A DNA stretch of 64,000 nucleotides from Candidatus Poribacteria bacterium. GTDB lineage: Bacteria > Poribacteria > WGA-4E > WGA-3G. This document shows positions 1-9,712 of the stretch, piece after piece (the first letter of the stretch is position 1; each line of letters begins with the position of its first letter). The position numbers and the translations under genes are program-made. The notes under the pieces are model-generated. The model was not told the origin of the DNA, ran no database searches, and saw nothing but the letters and a program-made list of their open reading frames with translations. Location: contig OZ251518.1 of assembly GCA_965242965.1 (NCBI GenBank), forward strand, positions 3,712,001 through 3,776,000. The letters run 5' to 3'.

Positions 1-2448
1 GTGACGTTTGCAGTGACAGAAGGAGATGGCACCGTGGAACCCGCAGAAACCGCGGCGTTGGACCCCACATATAACCTGCGCGACGAGGAGGAAGGAGAGG
101 CGCAGACTACCTTCACAGCGGGCGAATCCCTCGGGCAGCAGACCGTGGTGGCGACGGTGACACACGAAGACACAACGCTCCAAGCCACCTTCACCATCAA
201 CGTGCAACCCGGTGCCATCGCGGCACCGACAATAGCAACAGTTGACCCTCCTCTACCCACCACGCTGCCCGTAAGGTGGGCCGCGCCTTCGTATGCCGTG
301 CAAAGTTACGAAATACGCTATCGAGTCCAGGATAGCGAGGCGTGGACAGTTGCAGTCATCGAGGGAACAGAGACGCTCTTCACGCTCCCCGATTTAATCC
401 CGGGCACCACTTATGAGTGGCAGGTGCGGGCGGAGACGGAGGTGGGCTTCGCCCCCTGGTCTCCATCAGGTTTCGCCACCACGGGGATCGCGGCACCGAC
501 AATAGCAACAGTTGACCCTCCCCTACCCACCACGCTGCCCGTAAGGTGGGCCGCGCCTTCGTATGCCGTGCAAAGTTACGAAATACGCTATCGAGTCCAG
601 GATAGCGAGGTGTGGACAGTTGAAGTCCTTGAGGGAACAGAAACGCTCTTCACGCTCCCCGATTTAATCCCGGGCACCACTTATGAATGGCAGGTGCGGG
701 CGGAGACAGAGGTGGGCTTCACCCCCTGGTCTCCATCAGGTTTCGCCACCACGGGGCATGTATCTTTACAGCGTGAGTTGGCACCTGCGCCTGTCGCCTT
801 GGCTCGGCTCGTCCTCAACGAAATTCGGAATGCGCCGGCGGACCGCGATGATTGGGTGGAGTTAAAAAACATCAGCGGTTCAGAGCTCTCGCTTGCAGGT
901 TGGGAGCTCAGCATCGTTGCGCCGGCAGGCGATGCGGCGAATCAGGATGTGGATATCGTCACGTTCCCCGACTACACATTGCCGGCGGGGGAAGTGTTGC
1001 TCATCACGAACACCGACCCGGGCGAGACAGCCTTGGCGAGTGGGGTGAACATTGCGACAGGTGCGCGCAAAAAAGGCGCGACGCACCGCTATCTCGTCGC
1101 ATCGGGATTGAAATTGCCGGCGACGCGCTACCTGTTGCTGCTGCGCAGTGCTGTTGATAAAAATGGCACCTCGGCGGCATTGGAGGATGTGGCAGGGAAC
1201 TACTTCCGCGAGGCAGGAGATATCCTCTTTGAGGGGGGCACGCAAGTGTGGCCCCTGCAAGATACCGAGCATCCGGGCGATGCGCCGCCGTTGACAGAGG
1301 GAGAGGCATGGACCCGGGTTTCCACGGAGAAACGCGGTTATGTCGCCTCTGCTTGGAGTGCGAGTGGGTATCACGATGGGCTCGGGTATCGTCGCAATGC
1401 GGAAGCGGAGACGAGTCTCGGCACACCCGGGTATGACGCACCGGCTATCACCGCGGCCACGCCGACAGCGCAGCTGAGTGTGAGTGAATTGATGCTCACG
1501 ACAGGCGGCAGCCGTGGCGGACCGCAGTGGATAGAGCTCTACAATCCGTCCTTGACAGCACCGGTGAAGTTGGAAGGCTGGCGGTTGGAAGTGGAATATC
1601 TGGATGCGGAGAATGCGCGGCGGAATCGGTATGAGGGGATTTCTTTCTATCCGTTCACCGTGCTCCCGATTCAGACTATCCTCCTCACGACATGGCACGG
1701 TGAGAATTCGGGGCATTTTCCGGAGAGTCGGGTTTATCACCTTGGATTTCGTCATGGGCGGGCTTTTAACCAACGTGAGCGGCGAAGCGACATGTTGAAT
1801 CCGCTGGGTTTCTCGGTGAAGCTCTTGGATGCGGAGGGTGCTCTCGTTGACATTATCGGGAATTTAGATGGCGTGGCTCGGACGAAAGACGAACCGGCGT
1901 GGCAAGTGCCGCCTTTTGAGACAACTGATGGCGTGCGCGTCTCGCTGTTGCGCAAGTATGAAGATGGCGCGCCGCTGCCGGGGATGGAGGCGGCGAGCTG
2001 GAGAAGCGCGGCACAGGTGAAACTCGTCGGGACAACCTATTTCGGGCGCGAGACAGACCTCGGGACGCCTGGTTATCGGCGAGGTGGTGCGTTGCCGGTT
2101 GTCCTGTCGCATTTCCACGCGCTTCGGACGGAGGCGGGAGTTGTTATCCGTTGGACTACCGAGTCAGAGGTAGACATGGCTGGGTTCAACATCTTGCGTA
2201 GCGCGAGTCGTGCGGGGCCGTTTACGATTATCAATCCGGCACTGATACCGGGTGCTGGCACATCGGGTGAGAAGCATACTTACACGTTTACGGATACTGC
2301 ATCGAAGCCGGGGGTTGTTTCGTATTATCGGCTGGAGGAGGTATCTTTAGGTGGTGTGCGTTTACCTTTAGCGACGGCGCGTTTGAAGGGGCATATCGGT
2401 GCGCGCGGCAAACTCACGACGCGTTGGGGTGAATTGAAGGCGCGGTAG
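1..2448 (+). CDS. Large secreted/surface protein, 5'-truncated: two fibronectin type III repeats, two lamin-tail-like domains, an LPVxL..F domain and a C-terminal KLTTRWGELK motif
   Basis: ORF is open from base 1; duplicated FN3 (VRWAAP..YEIRYR..LIPGTTYEWQVRA); lamin-tail signatures LNEI..DWVELKN and VSELM..QWIELYN; ends GKLTTRWGELKAR. Confidence 0.8.
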   Translation: MTFAVTEGDGTVEPAETAALDPTYNLRDEEEGEAQTTFTAGESLGQQTVVATVTHEDTTLQATFTINVQPGAIAAPTIATVDPPLPTTLPVRWAAPSYAVQSYEIRYRVQDSEAWTVAVIEGTETLFTLPDLIPGTTYEWQVRAETEVGFAPWSPSGFATTGIAAPTIATVDPPLPTTLPVRWAAPSYAVQSYEIRYRVQDSEVWTVEVLEGTETLFTLPDLIPGTTYEWQVRAETEVGFTPWSPSGFATTGHVSLQRELAPAPVALARLVLNEIRNAPADRDDWVELKNISGSELSLAGWELSIVAPAGDAANQDVDIVTFPDYTLPAGEVLLITNTDPGETALASGVNIATGARKKGATHRYLVASGLKLPATRYLLLLRSAVDKNGTSAALEDVAGNYFREAGDILFEGGTQVWPLQDTEHPGDAPPLTEGEAWTRVSTEKRGYVASAWSASGYHDGLGYRRNAEAETSLGTPGYDAPAITAATPTAQLSVSELMLTTGGSRGGPQWIELYNPSLTAPVKLEGWRLEVEYLDAENARRNRYEGISFYPFTVLPIQTILLTTWHGENSGHFPESRVYHLGFRHGRAFNQRERRSDMLNPLGFSVKLLDAEGALVDIIGNLDGVARTKDEPAWQVPPFETTDGVRVSLLRKYEDGAPLPGMEAASWRSAAQVKLVGTTYFGRETDLGTPGYRRGGALPVVLSHFHALRTEAGVVIRWTTESEVDMAGFNILRSASRAGPFTIINPALIPGAGTSGEKHTYTFTDTASKPGVVSYYRLEEVSLGGVRLPLATARLKGHIGARGKLTTRWGELKAR
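217..756 (+). repeat. 270-bp tandem duplication encoding the two FN3 domains (217-486, 487-756)
   Basis: ATCGCGGCACCGACAATAGCAACA starts at both 217 and 487; the copies are nearly identical. Confidence 0.95.
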
Positions 2449-3146
2449 GAGAGACCTCCTGGTCTCGCTGCGCGCGTGCGTTTTCCCGGTCATGCGATAA
2501 CGCCGCGCCTTACCGTAGGGCTTGGGCCCTCGGATGCCACCCGCGCCTGCGAGCGGGTTTCCCTCGCCATGCGTTGATTGCGGGGCCCATCTCTGTAGTT
2601 CGGGAGCGCCTGCTCCCGATCGGGTCAAGAGCAGGTGCTCTTGCCCTACAGATGGTTGGGGTAAGCAGCGATCGCGGGGGACAGGCCCCCGCGCTACGGT
2701 AAAAAGGCATGTTCGCGGGGGACAGGCCCCCGCGCTACGGTGATGCGATAACGCCGTTTTTTTCGTAGGGCGAGGGCCTGTCCCTCGCCATGCGTCGATC
2801 GCGGGGCCGATCTCTGTAGTTCGGGAGCACCTGCTCCCGATCAGGTCAAGAGCAGGCGCTCTTGCCCTACAGATGGTTGGGGTAAGCAGCGATCGCGGGG
2901 GACAGGCCCCCGCGCTACGGTGCGGCGTTAACGCCGTTGTTTTGTAGGGCGAGGGCCTGTCCCTCGCCATGCAACGCGCATCCCAACGATCGCGGGGGAC
3001 AGGCCCCCGCGCTACGGTACGGTGGTAAGCCGTTTTTTTTTCGTAGGGCGAGGGCCTGTCCCTCGCCATGCCTCGCGCGCCCCAACGCTCGCGGGGGACA
3101 GGCCCCCGCGCTACGGTGCGTTGATAACGCCGTTGTTTTTTCGTAG
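2445..3146. repeat. Array of GTAG-type REP-like palindromes with a duplicated internal block
   Basis: Many copies of GTAGGGCGAGGGCCTGTCCCTCGCC, CGCGGGGGACAGGCCCCCGCGCTACGG and GTAGTTCGGGAGC.CCTGCTCCCGA; the block near 2589 recurs near 2810. Confidence 0.9.
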
Positions 3147-3148
3147 AC

Positions 3149-3700
3149 TCACCCTTCATCTTGCTGAAAGGGACCAAAGTCTCCAGCATCCTCCCCAGTT
3201 GGCACCTTGAAGACACTCGGGTCTTTGCCGAGGGAGATCAGATGCGCAATTGTCTCCTTCAATTCCTCATCTGTTTCCACCAGCCTTGAAATATAGGCAG
3301 CCTCTTCCCTATTCTTTCTCGCCAGCGTGAGTTGGATTTCATTGAGGCGCAGGAGATCTGGCAGGAGGACCGCGTTAGCCCCTGCAACTCGCTCAGCGAT
3401 GGTTACGTATTCTTCGAGGAAGGTTTCGTCGCCTTGCGCGAAGAGATGATACGCTTTTACGAGTTCTTCGCGGGCTGCTGCCGGCTCGTCCTCGCGGTGT
3501 TCAAGATATCTCTCTACCCGCTTGACAGCCTCTTTCTCCCGCATTTCAATCGGGACAGCAGCGTCGTTCTGAAGACGTGCCTCCTTTTCCTCTTCCGTGA
3601 GGAGTAAGCGAGAAGCGTCTTCCGTATTCAGTTCTTGTCCATCATCCGCACATCCGACAAGGATGCAGAGGATGGCAAGCATCGCACATAAGTAACGCAT
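3149..3700 (-). CDS. Hypothetical lipoprotein
   Basis: Hydrophobic N-terminus with lipobox LVGC; AGGAG SD upstream; acidic helical body. Confidence 0.7.
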   Translation of the reverse strand: MRYLCAMLAILCILVGCADDGQELNTEDASRLLLTEEEKEARLQNDAAVPIEMREKEAVKRVERYLEHREDEPAAAREELVKAYHLFAQGDETFLEEYVTIAERVAGANAVLLPDLLRLNEIQLTLARKNREEAAYISRLVETDEELKETIAHLISLGKDPSVFKVPTGEDAGDFGPFQQDEG

Positions 3701-3733
3701 GGGTAACTCCTTTCTACAAAAGAGAGATTCGCT

Positions 3734-4480
3734 CTACATCCCACCAAAACGGTAGGACTGCTGAAAGGGAATCTCAATGCCTTCATCAGCAGCAAGTTGC
3801 CGTAACTCTTTGAGATACGCAACCTGCTCAACCACCTCCTGAACATTTTCAGGAGGCACACTCGGTGGTATCAGCCTCAAAAAGGCTTCAGCGTTTGCAA
3901 TTGCATCGTCAATAGTGCCGGTGCCTTCATTACTGCGTTGAACCGTTTCAACAAGGATATCGACATCGGCAGAATCGCCGTATTGTTCCCGGAACGCATC
4001 ATCTAAGCGTTGATATGCGTAGGCGGGATGGGTGTCAAGATAGGCATTGTAATCGTCAAAGCCTGCCTTGACAATTTCTACGTCATAAGAGAGTCCATCG
4101 GAAGCCTCGGCAATGTCGCCTTCTTCTGGCAAGGTGTCACCATCGTTTTCTTCCACGAGTGGCTCAAAAAGTGCCAGTGGGGCATCGCCAGGGGATTCAG
4201 GAAAGTCTTCTACCGAATCAACCTTCGTATCCGCGATGCTATCCGATGTTGCATCCGATGGATGCGTTACAACAGGGATGGGTTCGGAGTCAGCGAGTTC
4301 CTCCGTGACACCTTTGGCGTTCGGGGTGTCTTGCGATGCCGTATCCATCGTTGGGACTTCCGGCAGCGATTCCTGAAACCGCTTTAAGTCCCATTGAGAA
4401 TAGAGAAAGATGCCGGCAGAGAGCAGGAGGACAACAACGGTGGCCCATCCGAGTGCCTGCAGGGAATTTCGGGATTTCAT
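3734..4480 (-). CDS. Hypothetical single-pass membrane protein with acidic periplasmic region
   Basis: Start reassigned to ATG 4480 (MKSRNSL) behind GGAGG; the longer ORF runs through repeat DNA; N-terminal TM helix. Confidence 0.7.
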   Translation of the reverse strand: MKSRNSLQALGWATVVVLLLSAGIFLYSQWDLKRFQESLPEVPTMDTASQDTPNAKGVTEELADSEPIPVVTHPSDATSDSIADTKVDSVEDFPESPGDAPLALFEPLVEENDGDTLPEEGDIAEASDGLSYDVEIVKAGFDDYNAYLDTHPAYAYQRLDDAFREQYGDSADVDILVETVQRSNEGTGTIDDAIANAEAFLRLIPPSVPPENVQEVVEQVAYLKELRQLAADEGIEIPFQQSYRFGGM

Positions 4481-4511
4481 TTTTTGCCTCCAATGGTATA
4501 TAACCGAGTTT

Positions 4512-5110
4512 ACCGTAGTGCGAGGGCCTGTCCCTCGCCATCGTTCATGCACGTGCACTCCAACGCTCGCGGGGGACAGGCCCCCGCGCTACGGTGAGGG
4601 GATAACGCCGTTGTTTCCCGTAGGGCGAGGGCCTGTCCCTCGCCATTGTTCATGCACGTGCACTCCAACGTTCGCGGGGGCCTGTCCCCTGCGCTACGGT
4701 GAAAAATGGGGACTTGCCGGTGGGCGGCCCCTTCCGATCTCAATGCCTTCCGGGTAGGAGAGACATCCCGGTCTCGATGCATCCCCGTAGCGCGGGGGCC
4801 TGTCCCCCGCGATCTCTGTCGTCAAGAGTGGCGTTTTAGGTCCTACGGACCTAAGAGAACAAGAGACGTTTTTTTCGCAGCGCGAGGCATGGCGAGGGAA
4901 ACCCGCTCGGATGCGCGTGTGGCATCCGAGGGCCCAAGCCCTACGATGAAGGGAGGCGGCCTTGACAACCGTAGCGCGGGGGCCTGTCCCCCGTGATCGT
5001 TGGATTCCACGAGCGATGGCGAGGGACAGGCCCTCGCCCTACGATGAAGGGCGGCGGCCTTGACAACCGTAGCGCGGGGGCCTGTCCCCCGCGAGCGTTG
5101 GATTCCGCGG
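4512..5110. repeat. REP-like palindrome array
   Basis: Same GTAG palindrome families, in alternating orientation. Confidence 0.9.
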
Positions 5111-5299
5111 ACGCTGGAAACCGAATCGTTCGCGGTATCACGAAACCATTTTGACAACAACGAGTTATGAAACAACCTCAACTCTACTTCCAATGTCGAC
5201 CAAAAAGCTGGAAGTGTCCACTCTTTTTTTACGACACGCGTATTTTCGTATGTTTTGCGTCGTGCGCCATGCCAAAGACAGGCGCATCGACGCGCTTTG

Positions 5300-6127
5300 T
5301 CAATGAAAACCTGGATCATCCTCCTGTTCCCTCATTTCCCTCGCGAGCTGCTTCAGTTTCTTCATTGCGGCAGACGAGGTCTCCGAGACCCAGGATTTGC
5401 CGTAGCCAACGACTTCTGCAATCTCGCGAACGCTCATTGGAGGGGTGCCACCGATGCCCCACTGAAGCCGAATTACCTCGGCTTCCTCGGGTTTAAGACG
5501 CGCGAGGAAGAAGTCTAATTCCTGCCGCGCTTCAACAGCCGCGATGTCGGCATCGTGGGTGCCGACGCACTCGGCGAGCGTTATGTCTTCTTCGTCAGCA
5601 TCTGTCCCCACCGAGGCATCAAGACTCTCTGTGCCCTGCGCCGAGCAGCGACGAATCTCTTGCACCTCTTTGAGAGAACAGTCCAACACGGATGCCATCA
5701 TTTCATCGGAGACAGAACCGCCGAGGCTATCAAGCATGCGGCGAAACCGGTTCACCTGCTGCCGCAGCGGTTTCGGCACGTGGACGAGCGTCCGGTGCTT
5801 GTCGATGTAATCCATGATTCTGCCACGGATACGGTAACTGGCATAAGTGGCGAGTCGGCCACGGGAGGGATTGAACTTATCAACGGCTTGGATGAGTGCC
5901 ACCTCTCCTTCCGAGAAGAGGTCATCGAGCTCTAGCCCACAGCCTGAAAATTGGAGGGCGATGGACTTGACAAGCCGCAGATTACAAAGGATGAGCTCCT
6001 CGCGCGCGGCTTCGGAACCGTCGCGCGCGAGGGAACGCTCTTCCTCGGCAGACAACAAGGGATAACTCGAAATGAGCCGCTCAATAGCAGGGCTCAGGTG
6101 TGGGATATCAAAATGTTCGGACATCAT
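5300..6127 (-). CDS. Alternative sigma-70 family RNA polymerase sigma factor
   Basis: Region 1.2 LLSAEEERSLA; region 2 NLRLVKSIA..DDLFSEG..AVDKFNP..ATYA; region 4 HTH MSVREIAEVVG; start at ATG 6127 or 6124 behind AAAAGGAG. Confidence 0.9.
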   Translation of the reverse strand: MMSEHFDIPHLSPAIERLISSYPLLSAEEERSLARDGSEAAREELILCNLRLVKSIALQFSGCGLELDDLFSEGEVALIQAVDKFNPSRGRLATYASYRIRGRIMDYIDKHRTLVHVPKPLRQQVNRFRRMLDSLGGSVSDEMMASVLDCSLKEVQEIRRCSAQGTESLDASVGTDADEEDITLAECVGTHDADIAAVEARQELDFFLARLKPEEAEVIRLQWGIGGTPPMSVREIAEVVGYGKSWVSETSSAAMKKLKQLAREMREQEDDPGFH

Positions 6128-6346
6128 GATCGCGCTCCTTTTGGGAATTAGCAAAGGCGCGCATCAGAGATGCACCGCCTCTACCTGCACTTCATGTTGA
6201 CATTCACCTGTTGAATCATTACGTTTGACTTCCTAAATTCGGTTTGGCATGCGTCGTTTCCGACGCGCGCCGGTTAATAGGTTGAGCGGCATCGCCAAGT
6301 ATGGATGCCATTTCAGGATTAAAGTGGACAATGTTCCTAACTAAAT

Positions 6347-6645
6347 GAGGGTGTTTCATAACTCGCTCAACGTTGCGGTGAAACCCGCTCGGATGCGCGT
6401 GTGGCATCCGAGGGCCCCCGCGCGACGATGAAAAAAACGCCTCCTCTTCACGTAGGGCGAGGGCCTGTCCCTCGCCATCGTTCATGCACCAGACCCCCCC
6501 CTCCCCTCTGTAGTTCAGGATCGCCTGATCCTGACCCGCTCGGGAGCGGGTGCTCCCGAACTACAGATGTGGGCCCGATGCCTGCCGGTATTCGCCCGCC
6601 CTCCAAGGCGGGATAAATACCGAAACGGAATTATGAAACACCCTC
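6347..6645. mobile_element. MITE-like cassette with GAGGGTGTTTCATA terminal inverted repeats and REP cargo
   Basis: TGAGGGTGTTTCATA at 6346-6360 and TATGAAACACCCTCA at 6632-6646; further REPs continue to about 7080. Confidence 0.7.
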
Positions 6646-7097
6646 AGTTTACCGTAGGGCGAGGGCCTGTCCCTCGCCATGCCTCGATCGCGGGGGACAG
6701 GCCCCCGCGCTACGGGTGGAGAAAAGCCTCCTTTCATCGTAGGGCGAGGGCCTGTCCCTCGCCATCGTTTTGGTGTCAGACCGCCTCACCCCTGTAGGTC
6801 AGGATCGCCTGATCCTGACCTGTTTGTGATCAGGCGATCACAAACTACAGAGAGGTGTGAACGAAAAGAAACGGTGCGCGTTCCTTTAGGTCCTAAAACG
6901 CCACCTCTTGATGATGGCCAACGCGGGGGACAGGCCCCCGCGCTACGGTAAAGAGGTGCAATGCTCGCGGGGGACAGGCCCCCGCGCTACGGTGAGGGGA
7001 TAACGCCGTGGTTTCCCGTAGGGCTTGGGCCCTCGCATGCCACACGCGCATGCGAGCGGGTTTCCCTCGCCGTGCCTCGCGCAATCTAACGCTAGCA

Positions 7098-7970
7098 TTA
7101 CCGCCGTTTGAGGTCTGCCCACGTCGTGGCGAGTTTGCGATGTGGATTGACATGCAAGTAGTTACCGGTATAGGTGAGGTGATGTCCGTTTCCAGAGGCA
7201 TCCCGCCACTTTGAACCCGGGTCTCCATCCCAATCAAAATGCCAAAGTGCCATCGTGTGTTCATCGGTTTCAAACCGTCCCTTCGGAATCTCAATAGTTT
7301 TCTCCCAGACCTCGTTCCATTTTTTGTCTGCTATCCCATCTGCAGGATATCGGACAACATTTGAGATGCGGACTTCGTCAATCAGTCCGCCGGTGAAGTC
7401 CACCCACACCGGTTTTCCGAGGAAGGGCCCGGGGGTAACCCCGAGTAAGGGCTTGCGGCCGCCGCCAATGCGGAGGGGGCCATCGGTATTATCAAATCTC
7501 AGCGGGCTACCGCGCGTCCCTCGGAGACGGTTGTTGACGCAGTGCTGCCGATACCGTTTTGCAAACGTGACAGCAATGTAGTGCCACTCCTTCAGCGGCA
7601 ACGTTGCCAGCAAACCGGGGAGGCCTCCTGCGTGGAATCCCTCTCGGAAGGTAAAGTTAAAACTCGGAGAGCCGGGTGGAAACATATCCCATCTGTAACT
7701 CTCGTCTTTGTAAAGAAGTGACCAGACTTCAAGGGGTTGTGCGATGGCATCGACACGTTCCTTCAAGGGCCGCTCCAGATACACCCACATCTCAATGGTG
7801 AATCCGTCCGTTTTCAAGGTAACGTCAAAGTCGTCGTGGTCTGGGACAGTGACGTAGTTGCCTTGTTCGTAGATGCGGAGATACTCGCCCCCGGCGGGGG
7901 ACGGTGGTGCAGTGTCCCCTGTGCGAAATAGGCACAGAGAGAGCAGTGCGGTGAAAACAAGCATTCGCAT
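7098..7970 (-). CDS. Secreted LamG-like jelly-roll domain protein with C-terminal KLATTWADLK motif
   Basis: Start ATG 7970 (MRMLVFTALL signal peptide, AGAAGGAG SD); FTIEMWV, WHYIAVT, GLIDEVRISNVVRY, TMALWHFD, DASGNGHHLT. Confidence 0.85.
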   Translation of the reverse strand: MRMLVFTALLSLCLFRTGDTAPPSPAGGEYLRIYEQGNYVTVPDHDDFDVTLKTDGFTIEMWVYLERPLKERVDAIAQPLEVWSLLYKDESYRWDMFPPGSPSFNFTFREGFHAGGLPGLLATLPLKEWHYIAVTFAKRYRQHCVNNRLRGTRGSPLRFDNTDGPLRIGGGRKPLLGVTPGPFLGKPVWVDFTGGLIDEVRISNVVRYPADGIADKKWNEVWEKTIEIPKGRFETDEHTMALWHFDWDGDPGSKWRDASGNGHHLTYTGNYLHVNPHRKLATTWADLKRR

Positions 7971-8029
7971 GGTTTGGCTCCTTCTCTTAGTTCCTAACGG
8001 ACCTAAAACGATGCGTCCGAAAAAACGGC

Positions 8030-8400
8030 GTGTTTTACCGTAGGGCGAGGGCCTGTCCCTCGCCGTGCCACGATCGCGGGGGACAGGCCCCCGCGCTACG
8101 GTGAAAAAAACGCCTCTCCTTCCCGTAGGGCGAGGGACAGGCCCTCGCCATGCTGTCTGCGCTGCAGCATTTCTGTAGTTCGGGAGCACCTGCTCCCGAT
8201 CGGGTCAAGATCAGGCGATCTTGACCTACAGGTGCTTGGGGTAAGCAGCGATTGCGGGGGACAGGCCCCCGCGCTACGGTGGGTCGGTAACGGCGTTGTT
8301 TCCCGTAGGGCGAGGGCCTGTCCCTCGCCATGTCACGATCACGGGGGACAGGCCCCCGCGCTACAGGAACATCGAGACCAGGAGGTCTCTCCTACGGGGA
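8030..8400. repeat. REP-like palindrome array
   Basis: Same GTAG palindrome families. Confidence 0.9.
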
Positions 8401-8556
8401 AACATCGCTCGCTATAAAAATGAACGTTTTTAAAAACGTAGACGTTATTTTTCGGCAAAAGGTACCACAAAAAATGCAGTTTTTTTCAAGAAAATCGATA
8501 TTCTTTCCATTTTTCTCCCAGATTGTCAAAAAATCTATCCATTATTCCGACTTTTA

Positions 8557-8565
8557 TGCTATAAT
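8557..8565 (+). promoter_or_regulatory. Extended -10 promoter (TGnTATAAT)
   Basis: TGCTATAAT in AT-rich DNA about 40 nt upstream of ATG 8602. Confidence 0.6.
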
Positions 8566-8601
8566 AACATATCCAAATCCGAAAAAAGGAACCGAAAATA
8601 A

Positions 8602-9612
8602 ATGGCAGATACTATCAGAGGTGCTGTGCTCGGTTACGGCGCAGCCTTTAATATGGGCAAGGCACACGCGAATATGATGGCGCGCACCGAGGGCATCCAC
8701 TGCGTCGCCGTGTGCGACATTGACGAATCACGCACCGATGCGGCGAAACAGGATTTCCCCGGCATCCGAACCTATAACACCGTAGAAGAACTCATCGCCG
8801 ATGACGCGGTCGATCTGGTTGCAAACGTCCTCCCGCACAGTCTGCACGGCGCACCGACGGTGGCGTGCCTCAACGCAGGCAAGCACGTTGTCGTCGAGAA
8901 ACCAATGTGCATCACGATTGCGGAAGCCACCGAGATGATTACCGCCGCCGAGGAAAACGGTGTCATGTTATCCGTGCATCACAACCGGCGTTGGGATGCA
9001 GATTTTTGGACGCTCCGCGAATTGGTGCATGCCGGTGTTATCGGCAAAGTTTTCAACGTCGAGATGTGGGGTGGTGGATACGGAAGACCGAATCCGAATT
9101 GGTGGCGTAGTGTGAAAGCCGTCTCTGGCGGGCAATTCTATGACTGGGGCGCGCACTACCTCGACTGGTTGCTCAACATCATCGAGGCACCGATGGTGAA
9201 CGTCACCGGGTTTTACCAGCCGAACCTCGTCTGGGACGACATTTCCAACGAAGACCACGTTCAAGCCATCATCCGCTTCGCTGACGGCTGCATGGCGAAC
9301 ATCCAGATGTCCAATATCGCGAGAATCAACGGACCGCGGTGGAAACTGCTCGGTTCTCACGGCGCGATTGTTTCAGGCGATGGACAATTCAAGGTGCTTT
9401 CTGAAGTGGAAGGACAACCGAAGGAGAAAATGGTAGGGTTCGCCGGCCGCCCCGGTCCCAGTTATTATGAGAACATCGTCGCGCATTTGAACGATGGCAC
9501 ACCGTTGTTGGTAACGCCAGAATCGGCGCGCCGCGTTATCGCTGTGATGGACTTGGCGGAGAAATCGTCTAAGACGCATCAGGCGGAGACTGTGCCGTAT
9601 GAATTTTCGTGA
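8602..9612 (+). CDS. Gfo/Idh/MocA family oxidoreductase
   Basis: Rossmann-like LGYG, AGKHVVVEKP, HNRRW and DWGAHYLD motifs. Confidence 0.92.
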   Translation: MADTIRGAVLGYGAAFNMGKAHANMMARTEGIHCVAVCDIDESRTDAAKQDFPGIRTYNTVEELIADDAVDLVANVLPHSLHGAPTVACLNAGKHVVVEKPMCITIAEATEMITAAEENGVMLSVHHNRRWDADFWTLRELVHAGVIGKVFNVEMWGGGYGRPNPNWWRSVKAVSGGQFYDWGAHYLDWLLNIIEAPMVNVTGFYQPNLVWDDISNEDHVQAIIRFADGCMANIQMSNIARINGPRWKLLGSHGAIVSGDGQFKVLSEVEGQPKEKMVGFAGRPGPSYYENIVAHLNDGTPLLVTPESARRVIAVMDLAEKSSKTHQAETVPYEFS

Positions 9613-9712
9613 TGTTTACGTTTCCGTGGGGGGATGCTCGCGGGGGACAGGCCCCCGCGCTACGGAGGTGGCCGGCGTTTGTGCCATGCCGTAGTTTCCA
9701 AGATATGAAAAT

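Noticed and set aside
2368-3216. 282-aa ORF and many similar ORFs with ARGPVPR, MARDRPSPY or RSAGACPP peptides (also 4394-5141, 6219-6951, 21561-21860, 28976-29312, 30194-30658, 56853-57490)
   Set aside because: Translations of REP arrays, which are poor in stop codons; no SD and no domain content
4843-5319. ORF overlapping the sigma factor stop (possible coupled gene)
   Set aside because: The second half is repeat-derived and the first half has no recognisable motif; it cannot be supported, though a short real gene is not excluded
6155-6345. Riboswitch or ncRNA upstream of the sigma gene
   Set aside because: Only short hairpins; no recognisable conserved RNA motif
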